A DNA stretch of 64,000 nucleotides from Octopus vulgaris (Eukaryota), in NCBI GenBank assembly GCA_951406725.2, contig OX597821.1:96100001-96164000 (forward strand), in the 5' to 3' direction. The notes under the pieces are model-generated. The model saw only the letters and a program-made list of their open reading frames with translations. It searched no databases and was not told the origin of the DNA. Both the position numbers and the translations under genes were made by a program. Below are positions 42,025-56,372 of the stretch, piece after piece. Position 1 is the first letter of the stretch. Every line of letters starts with the position of its first letter.

Positions 42025-44305
42025 CACAGGACAGGGAAGAGAAACATAAACTAATTAAAGTCATCAATTTAACCAATACAGAACCCAACCCCAACCTTCT
42101 CAACTTACTCTCCAAAGGTCTGAAATTCACCCCCCCCCACGTCCAAACTACTACGAAATGAAGGATGACATTACAGAATTTTGTAGAAAATTGCGACTTA
42201 GTGAGGAACTATTCGACCAGCACAATGAGGATGAGTCACTAGCTAGAAATAAAAGCAACTACACCCCACGAAAAGGTAGAAATAAAATCCTAGACGAATT
42301 CTGTGAGCACATTACAAACTTCCCCTACCAACACTTACACAAACCAAAACCCAAACCAAACCTCAACAAGAAAGAGTGGGAAGAATTAAACAAATTAAAA
42401 AATGAAAGATCTATCACCATTAAAGAGGCCGATAAAGGAAGTGCAGTAGTCTTAATGGAGACAGAATACTATATCAACTTAGCACTCTCCACCTTGGAAA
42501 ATGGAACATATTACGAAAAGGCTGAACACTACAATCAACAGAAAATTATGAGAAACTTAAAAACCCTGATCAACCCCCACAAAGAAGAACTCACTAACAA
42601 AGAATTCAACTTCATCACAAATTTCACTAGTAAAACCAGCCTCTTCTACGGTATTCCCAAAATTCATAAAAGCGAATTAATAAGTAAGGCATGCAAGGAA
42701 GCCACAAACTCTGTAATCAATGTCCCCTCACCAAATGACCTCAAATTGAGACCTATAATAGCAGGTCCCGCTTGCGAAACCCACCGCCTTAGCAACTTCA
42801 TTGATACCCTTCTCAAGCCGTTCCTCAAACACATTAAAAGCTACATAAGGGACGATCTAGATATGCTCAACCACCTCCCCAATACACTTCTTGCTGAACA
42901 AACCCTGCTAGTAACATTCGATGTAGTCAATCTTTACTCCAACATCCCCCACAACCTAGGAATAGAAGCTATCCAATTCTGGCTGGATAATTACTCCAAC
43001 GAACTCCCACACCGCATCAAAAAGGAATTTATTTTAGAAGGACTCAAATTCATCTTAGAGAATAATTTCTTCACCTTCAACAACAAATTCTACAGACAGA
43101 AATCAGGGACGGCAATGAGAACGAAAACAGCTCCCACTTACGCAAACTTAGTCATGGGATACCTGGAAATCACCCTCTATAATAACGTTCTTAACCAATT
43201 TGGCACCACTCTCCACACACACATAGAGAAGAACTGGAAGAGATATCTTGATGACTGCTTCATCCTTTGGCCCGAAACCGTCGAGAAGCTTAACGAATTT
43301 CACACTCTTATAAATGGGCTCAACACAAACATTATTTTCACAATGGAATACAGCCCTCAACAAATTCCCTTCCTCGACATCCTCATTAAAATTCACAACA
43401 AAAAAATAGAAACAGACATATACTACAAGCCCACAGACTCCAAGCAATACCTCCCTTTCAATTCATGCCACCCTAGACACGTTAAAATTAACATTCCCTA
43501 CAACTTAGCCAAGAGAATTTGCACTATAGTCTCCAATAAAAACACCCGTCTCTTACGTCTACAAGAACTCAAGGGCACATTAACAAGCAGGGATTACCCC
43601 ACGTCACTAATTGACAATGGGATCCAACGCGCCCTAAAACTCAGCACGCAGGAACTTAGACGCCCTAAACCTGTTACATCGAAACCCCATACTCTACCAT
43701 ACATCTCTACACACAACCCCCTCAACAATGAAGCTTTTGACACCATCCTCCAGAACATTCCTGTATTACAAAAGGACCATAGAATGAACCAAATCCTCCT
43801 AACACACGAAATCATAAAGAGCAAAAGGCAACCCAAATCATTGAAAACCATCCTAACAAATGCCAAAGTACTGCCAACCACAACAACTAAACCCACAGTA
43901 AACAAATGCAATAGACCCAACTGTGGTATATGCATCAACCTAATAGAAGGTCCGGAATTCCTTTTTAAACAAGGACAACGTTTCACAGTAAAACACAACT
44001 TCACATGCACATCAGAAAACCTAGTATGTGTCTTAACTTGCTCGGGCTGTAATGAACACTACATAGGCCAAACAAAAAATAGCCTCCGCCAACGCATGAC
44101 TGTCCACAGATCCCAAATAAAAATACAGGAATATAGAAAAATAGCATTTAGTGCACATATTGATACCTGTGCCGCACAACTCCATCCCAATTTTAGAATC
44201 TTTCCCCTCTACAAATTTAAAGACAATGCCACTCATACCCAGCGAATAACCATGGAATCCCACCTTATTAATAAATACAGACCACTTCTAAACACATGCC
44301 CCTAA
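41993..44305 (+). pseudogene. PLE ORF2: reverse transcriptase, Zn-finger-like linker and GIY-YIG endonuclease; this copy has a 1-nt frameshift and two motif substitutions
   Basis: Motifs: VINL and LLSKGLKFTP (upstream of the C9 run at 42130-42138, where the frame shifts), EADKG, FYGIPKIHK, LRPIIAG, TFDVVNLYSNIP, GTAM[R]T, YLDD (43244-43255), FLDI, CNRPNCGIC, and NLV[C]VLTCSGCNEHYIGQT...LRQRMTVH...E..LI...P.LN. The 715-aa track ORF 42158-44305 is the part after the frameshift. Confidence 0.93.
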
Positions 44306-44786
44306 CACGAACCCACAACAAACACACTTACACCTGCACACACCCTACACACACCTTTACCCAGATATTAACACCATGACACACACAAATATATGGTTCC
44401 ACACATACACATAATTGAATACGGGTGCAAAACATCCAACACTATTTTTTGGAAATGGCTGTAAATATTGACTTCACACAAATACGTTGCTTCCCGATAC
44501 AGGCACAAGGCCAGCAGAACTATAAATATTGAAAATTGTACCCACACACACACACATATATACACGCGCGCGCGCCCCAACATACATATAAACACACACA
44601 CACGCGCGCGCGCGCACACACATACATACATACAGCTCTCCCTGTTCTAAACGAACTTACTTATCCAGTCAAGCGGAAAATACACTCCCTAACTACGCGC
44701 TAAAAAGCTATTTAAAATATCCACATGACGTCTACTGACCAGCCTGAACAATAAGAATTTTCAACAACACTATTTTCGAAAATCCT

Positions 44787-45000
44787 AAACATTCACGTGA
44801 CCTCTTTATTATGGCCAATAAGAAATTTTAGGCGGGACACTAGCCAAATTTTAACTTCTCTGGAGCCTTTTTTCTTACCCCAACACCAACTTCCATTCAA
44901 ACATTCACGTGACCCCTTCATAATGACCAATCAAAATTTTAGGCGCGAAACCAAGCAAATCCAAAACAACTCTGGAGCCTCTTTTTTCACATATAAGAGA
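44787..45000 (+). promoter_or_regulatory. Putative PLE promoter: two ~112-bp units, each with E-box, CCAAT and E2F-like site, then a TATA-like box
   Basis: CACGTGAC at 44794 and 44906, CCAAT at 44815 and 44927, TTTAGGCGGGA at 44827, GCGCGAAA (reverse complement TTTCGCGC) at 44943, TATAAG at 44992. The 5' pLTR keeps CCAAT (40458), E2F-like (40474) and TATA-like (40524). Confidence 0.5.
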
Positions 45001-45130
45001 CAGACTCTAATCTCTCTTTTATATTTTGATAAGCATAACAAATGCGCAACCGGTAAATAGAACTTTCACCTAATTAAATTACTTAAATTACTTCAATTAT
45101 TTGTCAGCATTTTCTTCATTTCCTTTTTTT

Positions 45131-45137
<7 letters not shown>
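44920..45137 (+). repeat. 3' pseudo-LTR of the PLE
   Basis: Direct repeat of 40451-40667 at an offset of about 4468-4469 nt. Ends in TATATAT continuous with the flanking (TA)n. Confidence 0.95.
45019..45062 (+). ncRNA. Second copy of the variant hammerhead-like motif, in the 3' pLTR
   Basis: Identical to 40551-40594; predicted cut after 45055. Confidence 0.65.
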
Positions 45138-45189
<52 letters not shown>

Positions 45190-45433
45190 TTTTTAAAATT
45201 TTGTTCAGTCATTTAACTGCGGCCATGCTGCAGCACCGCCTTTAGACGAACAAATCGACCCCAGGATTTATTCTTTGTGAGCCTAATACGTATTCTATCG
45301 TTCTCTTTTGCTGAACCACTAAGGTACGGGGATGTAAACACACCAACATTGGTTATCGAGTGATGGTGGTGGTGGTGGGGATAAACAGAGACACACAAAC
45401 ACACGCATATACATACATGCATACATACATACA

Positions 45434-45515
<82 letters not shown>

Positions 45516-45668
45516 ACGGGCTTCTTTCAGTTTGCGTCTACCAAATCCACTCACATGGTCGGCCCGAGGCTGTAGTAGAAGACCGTTGCCCAAGGTGCCA
45601 CGCAGTAGGACTGAACCCGGAAATCGTGTGGTTGGTAAGCAAGCTACTTAGCAAACAGCTACTCCTGA
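45190..45668 (-). mobile_element. SINE family A
   Basis: Reverse complement of family A with an expanded internal (TA)/(GA) tract. Confidence 0.85.
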
Positions 45669-45674
45669 TCCTAT

Positions 45675-45738
<64 letters not shown>

Positions 45739-46412
45739 TACGTACATATGTCCATTCGAGGCAAATACTTAAATCCATCTCTACTCAGATATATATTGCT
45801 GTGCAATCCTTCGGGTCCATAAACGTTGAACTTCGCGACATTTTTCTATGCCAGAGAGCCAGATTCTAAAAATGCTAATCCGATTGGGGAATTTACAATA
45901 AGTGGATAGATCACTGAAAGAAAGATTTAATTTAGAGTTACGCTTAACGATCGTTAATTAGGGTACGTGTTACAGCATATCGATAACCCATTTTGCAATC
46001 ATTGGTGATTTTTGCGCATGCCGTAATGATTAAGAGAAATAATAATGTTCGTATACAACTACAGCTCTTGAAGACGATTCATTTCCATTACAGAATGTTC
46101 TTATTTTTAGTATCGTTATTGATCAGGAGATTTGTAAGGATTTCACAGCATCTGACAGCAAATGACGCGAAATATGTAATCTTATCACACACATTCTTAT
46201 CTCTCTCTCTCTCTCCCTCCCCCACTCTCTCTCTCTCTCTGTCTCACACACACTCATACACATATGCGCACACACAGAGAGACACACACAAACACAAAAA
46301 AAACACACGCTCACATAAATGTAAATCAATGAATATCTAACAAGGCACATCAACTTTCAGTTCGATATATCCCCTTTTGTGTTATCGAAAGCATGGGGCT
46401 TAACGCAATATG

Positions 46413-46472
<60 letters not shown>

Positions 46473-46949
46473 AGGGGGTTATATATGTATATATACATAT
46501 TTATATATTTACATGTGTATATACATATATAATTACATATACAGGGACAGAGATAAGTGTGTATGTGGGTAGGGTTGTATTTGGAGCATACTGTATATAA
46601 ATTCATGCAAATCTGCAACGCAGTCATTAAAATGAAATGAGGGCTGTTGCTTTATATCTCCCTCCGGCTGTAAGTCTCGGACAGGCGTCGTCGTGTCTTG
46701 TTAGAGATTCACTGGAAATGAACTAATTTCATTCGTAGGTATGTAGTCTAACACTTCTGTGAATATATATCTGTTATTGTAAACTGAGTAAAAAATCGAG
46801 AAAGAGAAAAATACGAAAAATTGGAATGACCTAAGAAAACGATTTTTAGTAAATCAAAAAGAGAGGTTTTGCAAATGAACACTGGATAAAAAGATATAGA
46901 GATATTAAGCCGCTGGCTATTGTAGCAGAGCTGAATGTATTCGGAGTAA

Positions 46950-47833
46950 TTTTCTGTATAGAAATTCTAAACAGTTTCTTTTTCAATGCGTTCCTCCGTT
47001 ATCAACAATTGCAACCATCAGTGGGGTCTCTGTAAAGACAAACTCACTGGTTAATCTACTCTTTTCTGCCAGTCACCAGTGGACTCTTGCCTCGGAAAAA
47101 TTTGATGAAAGCGGTGTGCTTGCTCTCAATATCAACAAAATTTTCTACCATGTTTTGCATGAAACTACCTGATGAAACTACCCAGCCTTAGGGTTCATTC
47201 GTTCATTTGTTGAAGGAATTCTTTCTTTCCTTTATACTATCAACTTCCATGTACCCTAGGTTTCAATTTCAACTCTCTTCCGCCTACACATCAATGAGTC
47301 ATTTGACACTAGATAAAACAACAACCACTACGATATATATATATAGGCGTAGGAGTGGCTGTGTGGTAAGTAGCTTGCTAACCAACCACATGGTTCCGGG
47401 TTCAGTCCCACTGCATAGAATCTTGGGCAAGTGTATTCTGCTATAGCCCCGGGCCGACCAATGCCTTGTGAGTGGATTTGGTAGACGGAAACTGAAAGAA
47501 GCCTGTCGTATATATGTATATATATGTATGTGTGTGTGTGTTTGTGTGTCTGTGTTTGTCCCCCTAGCATTGCTTGACAACCGATGCTGGTGTGTTTACG
47601 TCCCCGTCACTTAGTGGTTCGGCAAAAGCGACCGATAGAATAAGTACTGGGCTTACAAAGAATAAGTCCCAGGGTCGATATGCTCGACTAAAGGCGGTGC
47701 TCCAGCATGGCCGCAGTCAAATGACTGAAAAAAGTAAAAGAGTAAAAGAGTAAAAGAGTATATACACAACAAGAAATATGTTGTATGTAGAGTCATTGAC
47801 CCAAATTCAATGTTTGTTCTATAACCAATGCTT

Positions 47834-47871
<38 letters not shown>

Positions 47872-48400
47872 AAGATTTACCAACCATGCATCATCCACTC
47901 GTATCTTTAGGTACTACATAGCAAAGCAGCATTAGCTGCATAAACAGTGACCTCGAAAGAATCTTCCATTATTGCCATTTTTAGTAGGAAGAAAAAGAAA
48001 CCGCTGCTGATTAATATCAAGAACATCATTTAACACAGATAGGATTGCATCTCAGTGATTAGCCCTTCTCTTTACAATTATTGATATTGTACAAAGATCA
48101 GGAGAAGGCCACAATGGACTATTGGTCTCACAATTGGAGCAGTGCTGTTGCAACACATAGAGACATCCTTGGCCGCATCTGGAAAAGTGATATGCATAAT
48201 GTACCACAAAGACACGCCCCGGCTTCTGGCCCACAGGTGCGCTGTCTTCTCTCTGTGCCGTTTCTAGCGGAACTCTAACAGCCTCAGCTCTGGTTGAGCA
48301 TAAGCCATCTCCTTAAAAGTACTCATATCCCACTCATCGTTGCTCCTCTTACACCGTTTCTTGTGTCCATATTTGCAGATTCTACATTAATCTTTGCGTC
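46950..48400 (+). mobile_element. Ancient Jockey/L2-like LINE RT remnant interrupted by a SINE
   Basis: ESGVLALNINKIFYHVLH..KLPS (compare ALDISKAFD.VWH..KL), INSDLERI, and LYKDQEKATMDYWSHNW (compare LYKAQIRP.MEYCSH.W). Confidence 0.55.
47346..47760 (+). mobile_element. SINE family A
   Basis: Nearly identical to 4260-4673. Confidence 0.9.
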
Positions 48401-49051
48401 CCAGAATGTCAGCCTTCTGGTATTTCCATCTTGTGCACGTCTTTTCTGCAGTTTGTTGACTTATAAAGGTTCCAGCATGACATTGACGGGCATCGATCTC
48501 ACCGGTTTAAGAAGGTCTTAGAAGACAGTGGGTGAAGACAATTTTTCCATACTCAGAAAATAAAAAAGAAGCCTCTTTGCACGAAACAAATGTAAGCACA
48601 TCAGTTTCCGATCTTTGTTTTATTACGAAACAGCAGAAAAAATGCACAAATCTGTTGCAATATTTCACGTATTTACAGCACTACTTTCGAGCCAGTTCTG
48701 ATTTTTCATACATTCACACTCCTCTGTAAATATCATTATTCCTGCATTGAACGATCACAATGTGCAGAGAGAAGGTGAAATTTCTGCATGATGCATTACC
48801 GCAAATCGAAACATGTCGTTTCATTGAATATAAAATATTCATTGAACATTTTTGCATGTATTCAGCGGGTCGTATTGAATCATAACAAATATTTAATATT
48901 CTGTTCTACTTTAAATCGATGAAATGCAAATTTAGGTTTTGCTGGATATAATATAACAATAAATTCAATGTATAGAGTGGTAACGCGGATCAATGACTGG
49001 CAATAGCACACATACGTACACACATAGTGTGTGCATGTGTGTCTGTGTGTG

Positions 49052-49118
<67 letters not shown>

Positions 49119-49463
49119 AGTATATATATACACAAGTATATATATCCAGTGATGCAAGTGTATTGAAGCAGAAAACGTTCATTTATATATAGATATTTAT
49201 ATAACTACATAACACATATATTGCATCGTACATGTATGGATATGCATACATATGTAATATATATGTATGTATGTGTATACATATGTAATATACCCGTGTG
49301 AGTGTGCATGTATGTTTGTTTGTGTATAGAAATTAATACATATTTCTCAATACAAATAAACTAATAAACTAGTCTAGACCACCTCAGTACGTTTCTTTCA
49401 GAATATCTAAACAAACACATTTGCAATTATTTTAAAGAACTAACAAGCCAACTGATAAAATTT

Positions 49464-49480
49464 CATCATCATCATCATCA

Positions 49481-49532
<52 letters not shown>

Positions 49533-49533
49533 G

Positions 49534-49566
<33 letters not shown>

Positions 49567-49572
49567 TAAAAA

Positions 49573-49662
<90 letters not shown>
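49464..49662. repeat. (CAT)n and (ATT)n microsatellite
   Basis: Direct inspection. Confidence 0.95.
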
Positions 49663-49663
<1 letters not shown>

Positions 49664-49885
49664 AACTGGTATTATTATAAACTGGTATGAGCTCCGGTGA
49701 AGTTTTTGGAACGGTAATGATCAGCAATGGATTCATGAAGCTTAGTAGAGATGAGTTTCTGAAGGTGATATATACCTGAGACTCCAACCTGAATTAACCC
49801 ACAACGTGGTTACTCTTGAAGGTTATTCAAAATGTCGTGTTTTTGTATTTTTTTCTTCGGTGTCTTTTAATTATATTTATATATA

Positions 49886-49912
49886 CTAGCGGGACCCGTG
49901 AATTTTTCACGG
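49886..49912 (-). mobile_element. Possible Helitron 3' terminus
   Basis: Minus strand hairpin CCGTGAA-aaa-TTCACGG, then gtcccg-CTAG|T. No 5' end identified. Confidence 0.4.
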
Positions 49913-50064
49913 AATTCATGGTAAACCTCTTGTGTTATTTCTGAAAATGTTATCCAAGAAGCCTGATAGAGTAGTCTGTGTATTTTCTGTATGTACGGAA
50001 AGATAATCACTCATCTGCTACTAATTGAAAAGTGATAGAAATTGGAATACGATGATTACTTAAT

Positions 50065-50447
50065 GTACCTCGACCATTATTCTCTAGAAAAACGACGACG
50101 CCGTGGTGATCTCATTCTTGCTCACAACATCATAAGCGGAAAGTGTAACCTCTCGAAAGAGCTGTTCACTCCTGTTCCAGAGCGTCGGCAGCGGGGTCAC
50201 TCCAAAAAGCTCTATCTGGGACGATTTCATCTCAATCGAAGGAGAGGGGCTTTCTCCGTCCGGGTTGCGGATCTTTGGAATAAGCTGCCGGACGAGATAG
50301 TGAAGATGCCGATGACCGCTCGGTTCAAAGTCTCTCTTGACCAGAAATGGCCTGAACTCTTTGCATGAACACCCTCCCTGTACATAACTCCACGTCCCCC
50401 TATATGGCCTTGCTTTTTGCTTTTTGAGCCAAAAACTTAACTTAACT
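50065..50447 (+). mobile_element. CR1-clade LINE 3' fragment
   Basis: SLEKRRRRGDLI..NII.G, RGHSKKL, FSVRVADLWNKLP, FKVSLD; short (AACTT)n tail. Confidence 0.88.
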
Positions 50448-51295
50448 TTATATACTTTATATACTTTATGCACAATTTTATATACTTAATTACACAGCAC
50501 TCATAAAATAAACATTCACTATTTTTTCCCGATACAACCAGCCTTTAGTTAAATTGCATATATCTGCCGCGTAAATAAGCGTGAATAGAACGAAATTTTG
50601 AGTCATTGTAAATACAGGGTAACATTTTTGTTGCTTACGTTGGGTGTCAATATTCAATGGATTCAAAGGAGAGTTACCTTCCTTAGACTGTAGGTAATTT
50701 TTATCACAGGTAATAAGATCTGTGTCTTTTTGACTCCCACCAGTGCTAACAGAGCGTATTCCAGCATGACCTTTACTAACGTATAAGATCCAGAAACAAT
50801 GCTCTCAAATATCTTGTTTTTCAGCAATCATTTCCCGCTAGAACAATGTTCTCGTTTGCATTTCTAAACGTGGTCTTTTATATACTTTCTTAAATGACGA
50901 ATTCAATCGAAATTATACATATTTATATAATACTCTCCAGATGTCTCATTTTTCGTCTGCCCGTCTGTCTGTGCGTGTGTGTGTGTAATATTTCTTTGGT
51001 GCGTCTTTTGAAAGAGATGTGGTATTGATATACTATGTAACTACCTAATCCATTCCGTTCATCCACAGATTTATTAAAGCACTATTAGCAACTTTCCCAT
51101 ACTATATGGTGGAGTTGTGTAGTGACTGTCACCTCCTCTGAAATTCCAATTCAATATGGGACGAAATGTATTGGATATATTGATTAATAAACATTATTGA
51201 TTGATTGTCATTTGAGGTTAACATACTTTTTGTACCACAACTATTTTGGATCACACTAATTTAAATATATATATATATATATTTTCTCTTTAAAC

Positions 51296-51638
51296 TTTAC
51301 CCTTTTACTTGTTACAGTCATTTGACTGTGGCCATGTTGGAGCACCGCCTTTAGTCGAGCAAATCGACCCCAGGACTTATTCTTTGTAAGCCTAGTACCT
51401 ACCTATTCTATCAGTCTCTTTTGCCGAACCGCTAAGTTACGGGAACGTAAACACACCAGCATCGGTTGTCAAGCGATGTTACGCACACACACATACTTGT
51501 ATATATACATACGTACGACTGGCTTCTTTCGGCCCAAGGCTATAGTAGAAGACACATACCCAAGGTGCCACGTAGTGGGACTGAACCCGGAACCATGTGA
51601 TTCGTAAGCAAGCTACTTACCACACAACCACTCCTACG

Positions 51639-51640
<2 letters not shown>
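51296..51640 (-). mobile_element. SINE family A (internal deletion)
   Basis: Reverse complement of family A; the head abuts (TA)n. Confidence 0.85.
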
Positions 51641-51737
<97 letters not shown>

Positions 51738-52951
51738 CACTTTTACAGTTTTTAGTCAATGCATGGGTGTTGCTTATGACACCAGTAATTAGTATTAGTC
51801 TGATATATATCTTATCGATTTCCCTTTATTGAACTGGAATGCTACGAGACATAAATAGGCACAATATCACCAAAAATGTAAATAGGGACACGAGACCACA
51901 CATTCACATCCTTACATGTACACGAATAGGTAGTGATCCATCTGTATTTAAGAAGTGAACCCGAGTTTCTGGAGTTGTCGTTACATCATCGGTATCCACG
52001 ACGTTTGGCTTATAATAAGCAGATTCAATGCAAAACAGAAGAAATCACGGTATAAAGGCGCTGATTTCATTAGCTGCAATAATTTTCTGCGCATAAATCA
52101 ATCCCAAGTTTTAGTACGTCAAATTCACGAAAATAAATGTAATGACCATAACGAAGGTTTTTCTGGCCTGTCGTAAACTCAGAATTTGACGCACCTTTGT
52201 CTGCCATCTACGAAACCATCACTACCATGATGGTCATATTTTCTATTACAAGAGTAAAAGAAAAAAGAAAAACAGAGATAAAAAAATACCTCGAAGAAGT
52301 CTTCCTTCTGACAAGTGTTGTTATATAATTTGTTAAAATGTCTACACAAAATTTAATGACAATAACATGTTCGGTGAAAGCAGTCGAAGCCAGAAACATT
52401 AGAATCAGTAAGACGTAATCAACATATTCCACGCTGAAACATACAGTTTTCGTATCTATAGCTAAAAGCGTTATCAAGACATAAAAGATATTGAATTTTC
52501 ACAATGCAAATAACGTTGAATATAACAGTTTGCTGTGCAAAAAGTTTCGCTTCACCACGTCTTGATGTTGCAGTATTCACAGCTTACAAACAATCAGTGT
52601 GAACTCTCATAAACTATATATTTCGCTAACCTCCGTTCAGCACGTATTTGGCAAAATTCTGCAGTACTTCAAATTTGACAGGTCTGCGATAAATTACGTA
52701 TTCTTTTAGGCTGTTTCTATAGTGCATTTATCTTTGTTAGCGGAAATTTTTCTGTGTGGAGGCAATCCACAGTTTGTAAAACCTATCGAGTAAATTTCTC
52801 TCTTCTTCCAGTTCAAATGTAGTGTTGATTGTAAGCTCTTTGGATATTTTAAATAATATTGTTGTTGGTAACATTAACTCTTTGGTAATTCCTATTACCA
52901 AAAGAACGAAAAGAATATGTTATCTGGAATATCACACGGGGAAAGTACCTT

Positions 52952-53011
<60 letters not shown>

Positions 53012-53094
53012 CACACATGAATGTGTGTGTGGATGTATAACAATATTTGGTTTGCAAGATTCTTTATATGAATTTATGTGTTGAAGCATGTTCT

Positions 53095-53334
53095 ATTGTG
53101 TCTGGTGAGAGTCATTCTATTTTAGTGCTTTATTATTTAACACACTCACCAGTTCGATTTCCACTCATTTACTTATTATTTCTTTTCTAAAATTTTCGTC
53201 AATGACTATTGATAAGGTTGCAAGACGCAACGAAAATCTTAGAAAAAATAAATAAGTAAATGGTGGAAATTGAACCGGGATGAGTGCGTTAAATAATAAG
53301 GCACTGAAAGAGAATGACTCTCCACAGAGACAAT
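53095..53334. repeat. Imperfect ~105-bp inverted repeat with a central hammerhead-like remnant, next to (TA)n
   Basis: 53095-53199 is the diverged reverse complement of 53230-53334. Motif CUA-UUGAUAA-G-GUUGC-aagac-GCAAC-GAAA-AUCU-UAG at 53206-53242. Confidence 0.75.
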
Positions 53335-53336
53335 AA

Positions 53337-53399
<63 letters not shown>

Positions 53400-54216
53400 T
53401 GGTATATATACACAATGGTATCAGCGCTATATATTAATGACGGATAAACGAGATTTAGGTTAGATAAAGTATGGTTGTGACATTTAAGCTTCTCAAGGCA
53501 AATTCACTGAAGTTACAGTAGAGAAAGAAAATTCTCGCTTATTGTAAAGGGTGTAAAACACCATAATCTATTCAGTATCCCTCTCCAGAGAACTCCTAGA
53601 TGCATTTGCGACACTGTAGACTTTCTCAGTACGTGATACCGAAGAGAGATAACCCGAGTATATTCTGAAGTTGTAGGTATATCTTAAAATAATTAATACC
53701 TCCACCTTCCAAACGAAAACACTTCAAATAACTAGAGCAATACAAAATAACTCCAAGTACAGAAACTGGTCAACCAAGACATACAAACTACTTACATTCC
53801 TTTGTGAAATGATAAAAAATTATAATAATAAAAACCAATTCTATTAATAACCAATTACTAAGTTATTAACTACTGGACATTGTACGCTTGACCATTACAA
53901 AACTAAAAAAAAATAACTAAAACTACTACTTTCTGTACCGACCTTCCAAAACAGACACCTAAATTTGCACACTTGCTTACAAAACTTCTACATACATGAA
54001 TATATTAGAAACAATAACATAACCTTAATTTAATCAATAAAAATTTCTCCAAAACGCCTCTCCATAATAATCCACCTTAAAACCTAATTAACACTCCACT
54101 CAAACCCACACATTTAACTCAATAGACATTGTACGAAGCCAAGATTAAGATTAATTTCAGTGCAACGATAGCCTAAATGGCTGAAATTCAGAGTAACAGT
54201 TAATAATGTTCTTGCT

Positions 54217-55165
<949 letters not shown>

Positions 55166-55363
55166 GACATATGTACTCCACAGGTATTGCAATTTATCAA
55201 TATACATAATTTTAACCACAAACATATGGCAAATTAATTTAGCAGAACCTATTTTCTGTACTTGATCTCGTGACTAGTAATACCTTGATTGTGTTCTGTA
55301 ATAATGTGTAAGAGAATTCATTTGTAAATTCCATTACGCTCCCACAGACAGACAGACACACAC

Positions 55364-55421
<58 letters not shown>

Positions 55422-55618
55422 ACACAGACACACGCACGCACGCACGCACACACACACACAAACACACACACACACACACCGACACACGCAGACTGCATTC
55501 TCAATACCAAGGTTTAAATCAAATAGGAACATCTGAGTATTTACGTAGACACAGACCAAACAACAGAGACACAGACGCACACGAAAACACACACAGAAAC
55601 GCACAAACAAACAGACAA

Positions 55619-55658
<40 letters not shown>

Positions 55659-56262
55659 TTATGGTTAATATGTATGCATGCATGTATGAGTGTTGGAACG
55701 TGTGTTTGTTGCTAGATTGTGTGAGTTTATATTTCAAATTCAGGCAATGTATGACATTTAATTTGTGCCTTTGATTACAGCTCACTTTCACTCTGAGATA
55801 GCGTAATCCACCTTCAAGCGATAATCTTCTACAGAATAGCGAAACGAATGCCCTTTCTTAAAAAACTCTCTCCCTCTCTCTTTCGCTCTACCTATCTCTC
55901 TATCTGTATATATATATATGTGTGTGTGTGTATGTGCAGATCGAATGCATAAGATTTATTCAATTATTGTTTCCCTGGGGAATTCATAGGTTAAATCCAT
56001 TACCTATCTTTGAGTAGCTGATACAGAAGAATACATTTTTCTTTCTTTGCAGACCATTCAATTGTACATACATGCACTCACACACACACCTTTGTATGTG
56101 TGTATATATATATATATATATACATATATATGTGTGATGCGGATTATATACATATGTATGTGTATGAAACTCACACACATAAGTACATATATATGTATGT
56201 GCACACACATATATACACATGTACATACATACACATACATACATATATGTATATATGTATGA

Positions 56263-56311
<49 letters not shown>

Positions 56312-56316
56312 AATAC

Positions 56317-56372
<56 letters not shown>

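Larger units (their letters stand above)
40451..45137 (+). mobile_element. Nearly complete Penelope-like retroelement with C-terminal GIY-YIG (Neptune/Nematis-type) in a (TA)n tract
   Basis: RT and GIY-YIG ORF, near-identical direct terminal repeats (pLTRs), (TA)n on both flanks (40412-40453 and 45131-45186), and A/C-rich sense strand unlike the surroundings. Confidence 0.95.

Noticed and set aside
43148-44263. Antisense ORFs within the PLE
   Set aside because: Shadow frames caused by the strong A/C strand bias.
47169-47190. CTGATGA motif
   Set aside because: No stem II or GAAA partner; part of a decayed LINE RT.
53500-54150. Possible Jockey-like RT remnant
   Set aside because: A/C-rich with only faint motif traces; insufficient support.
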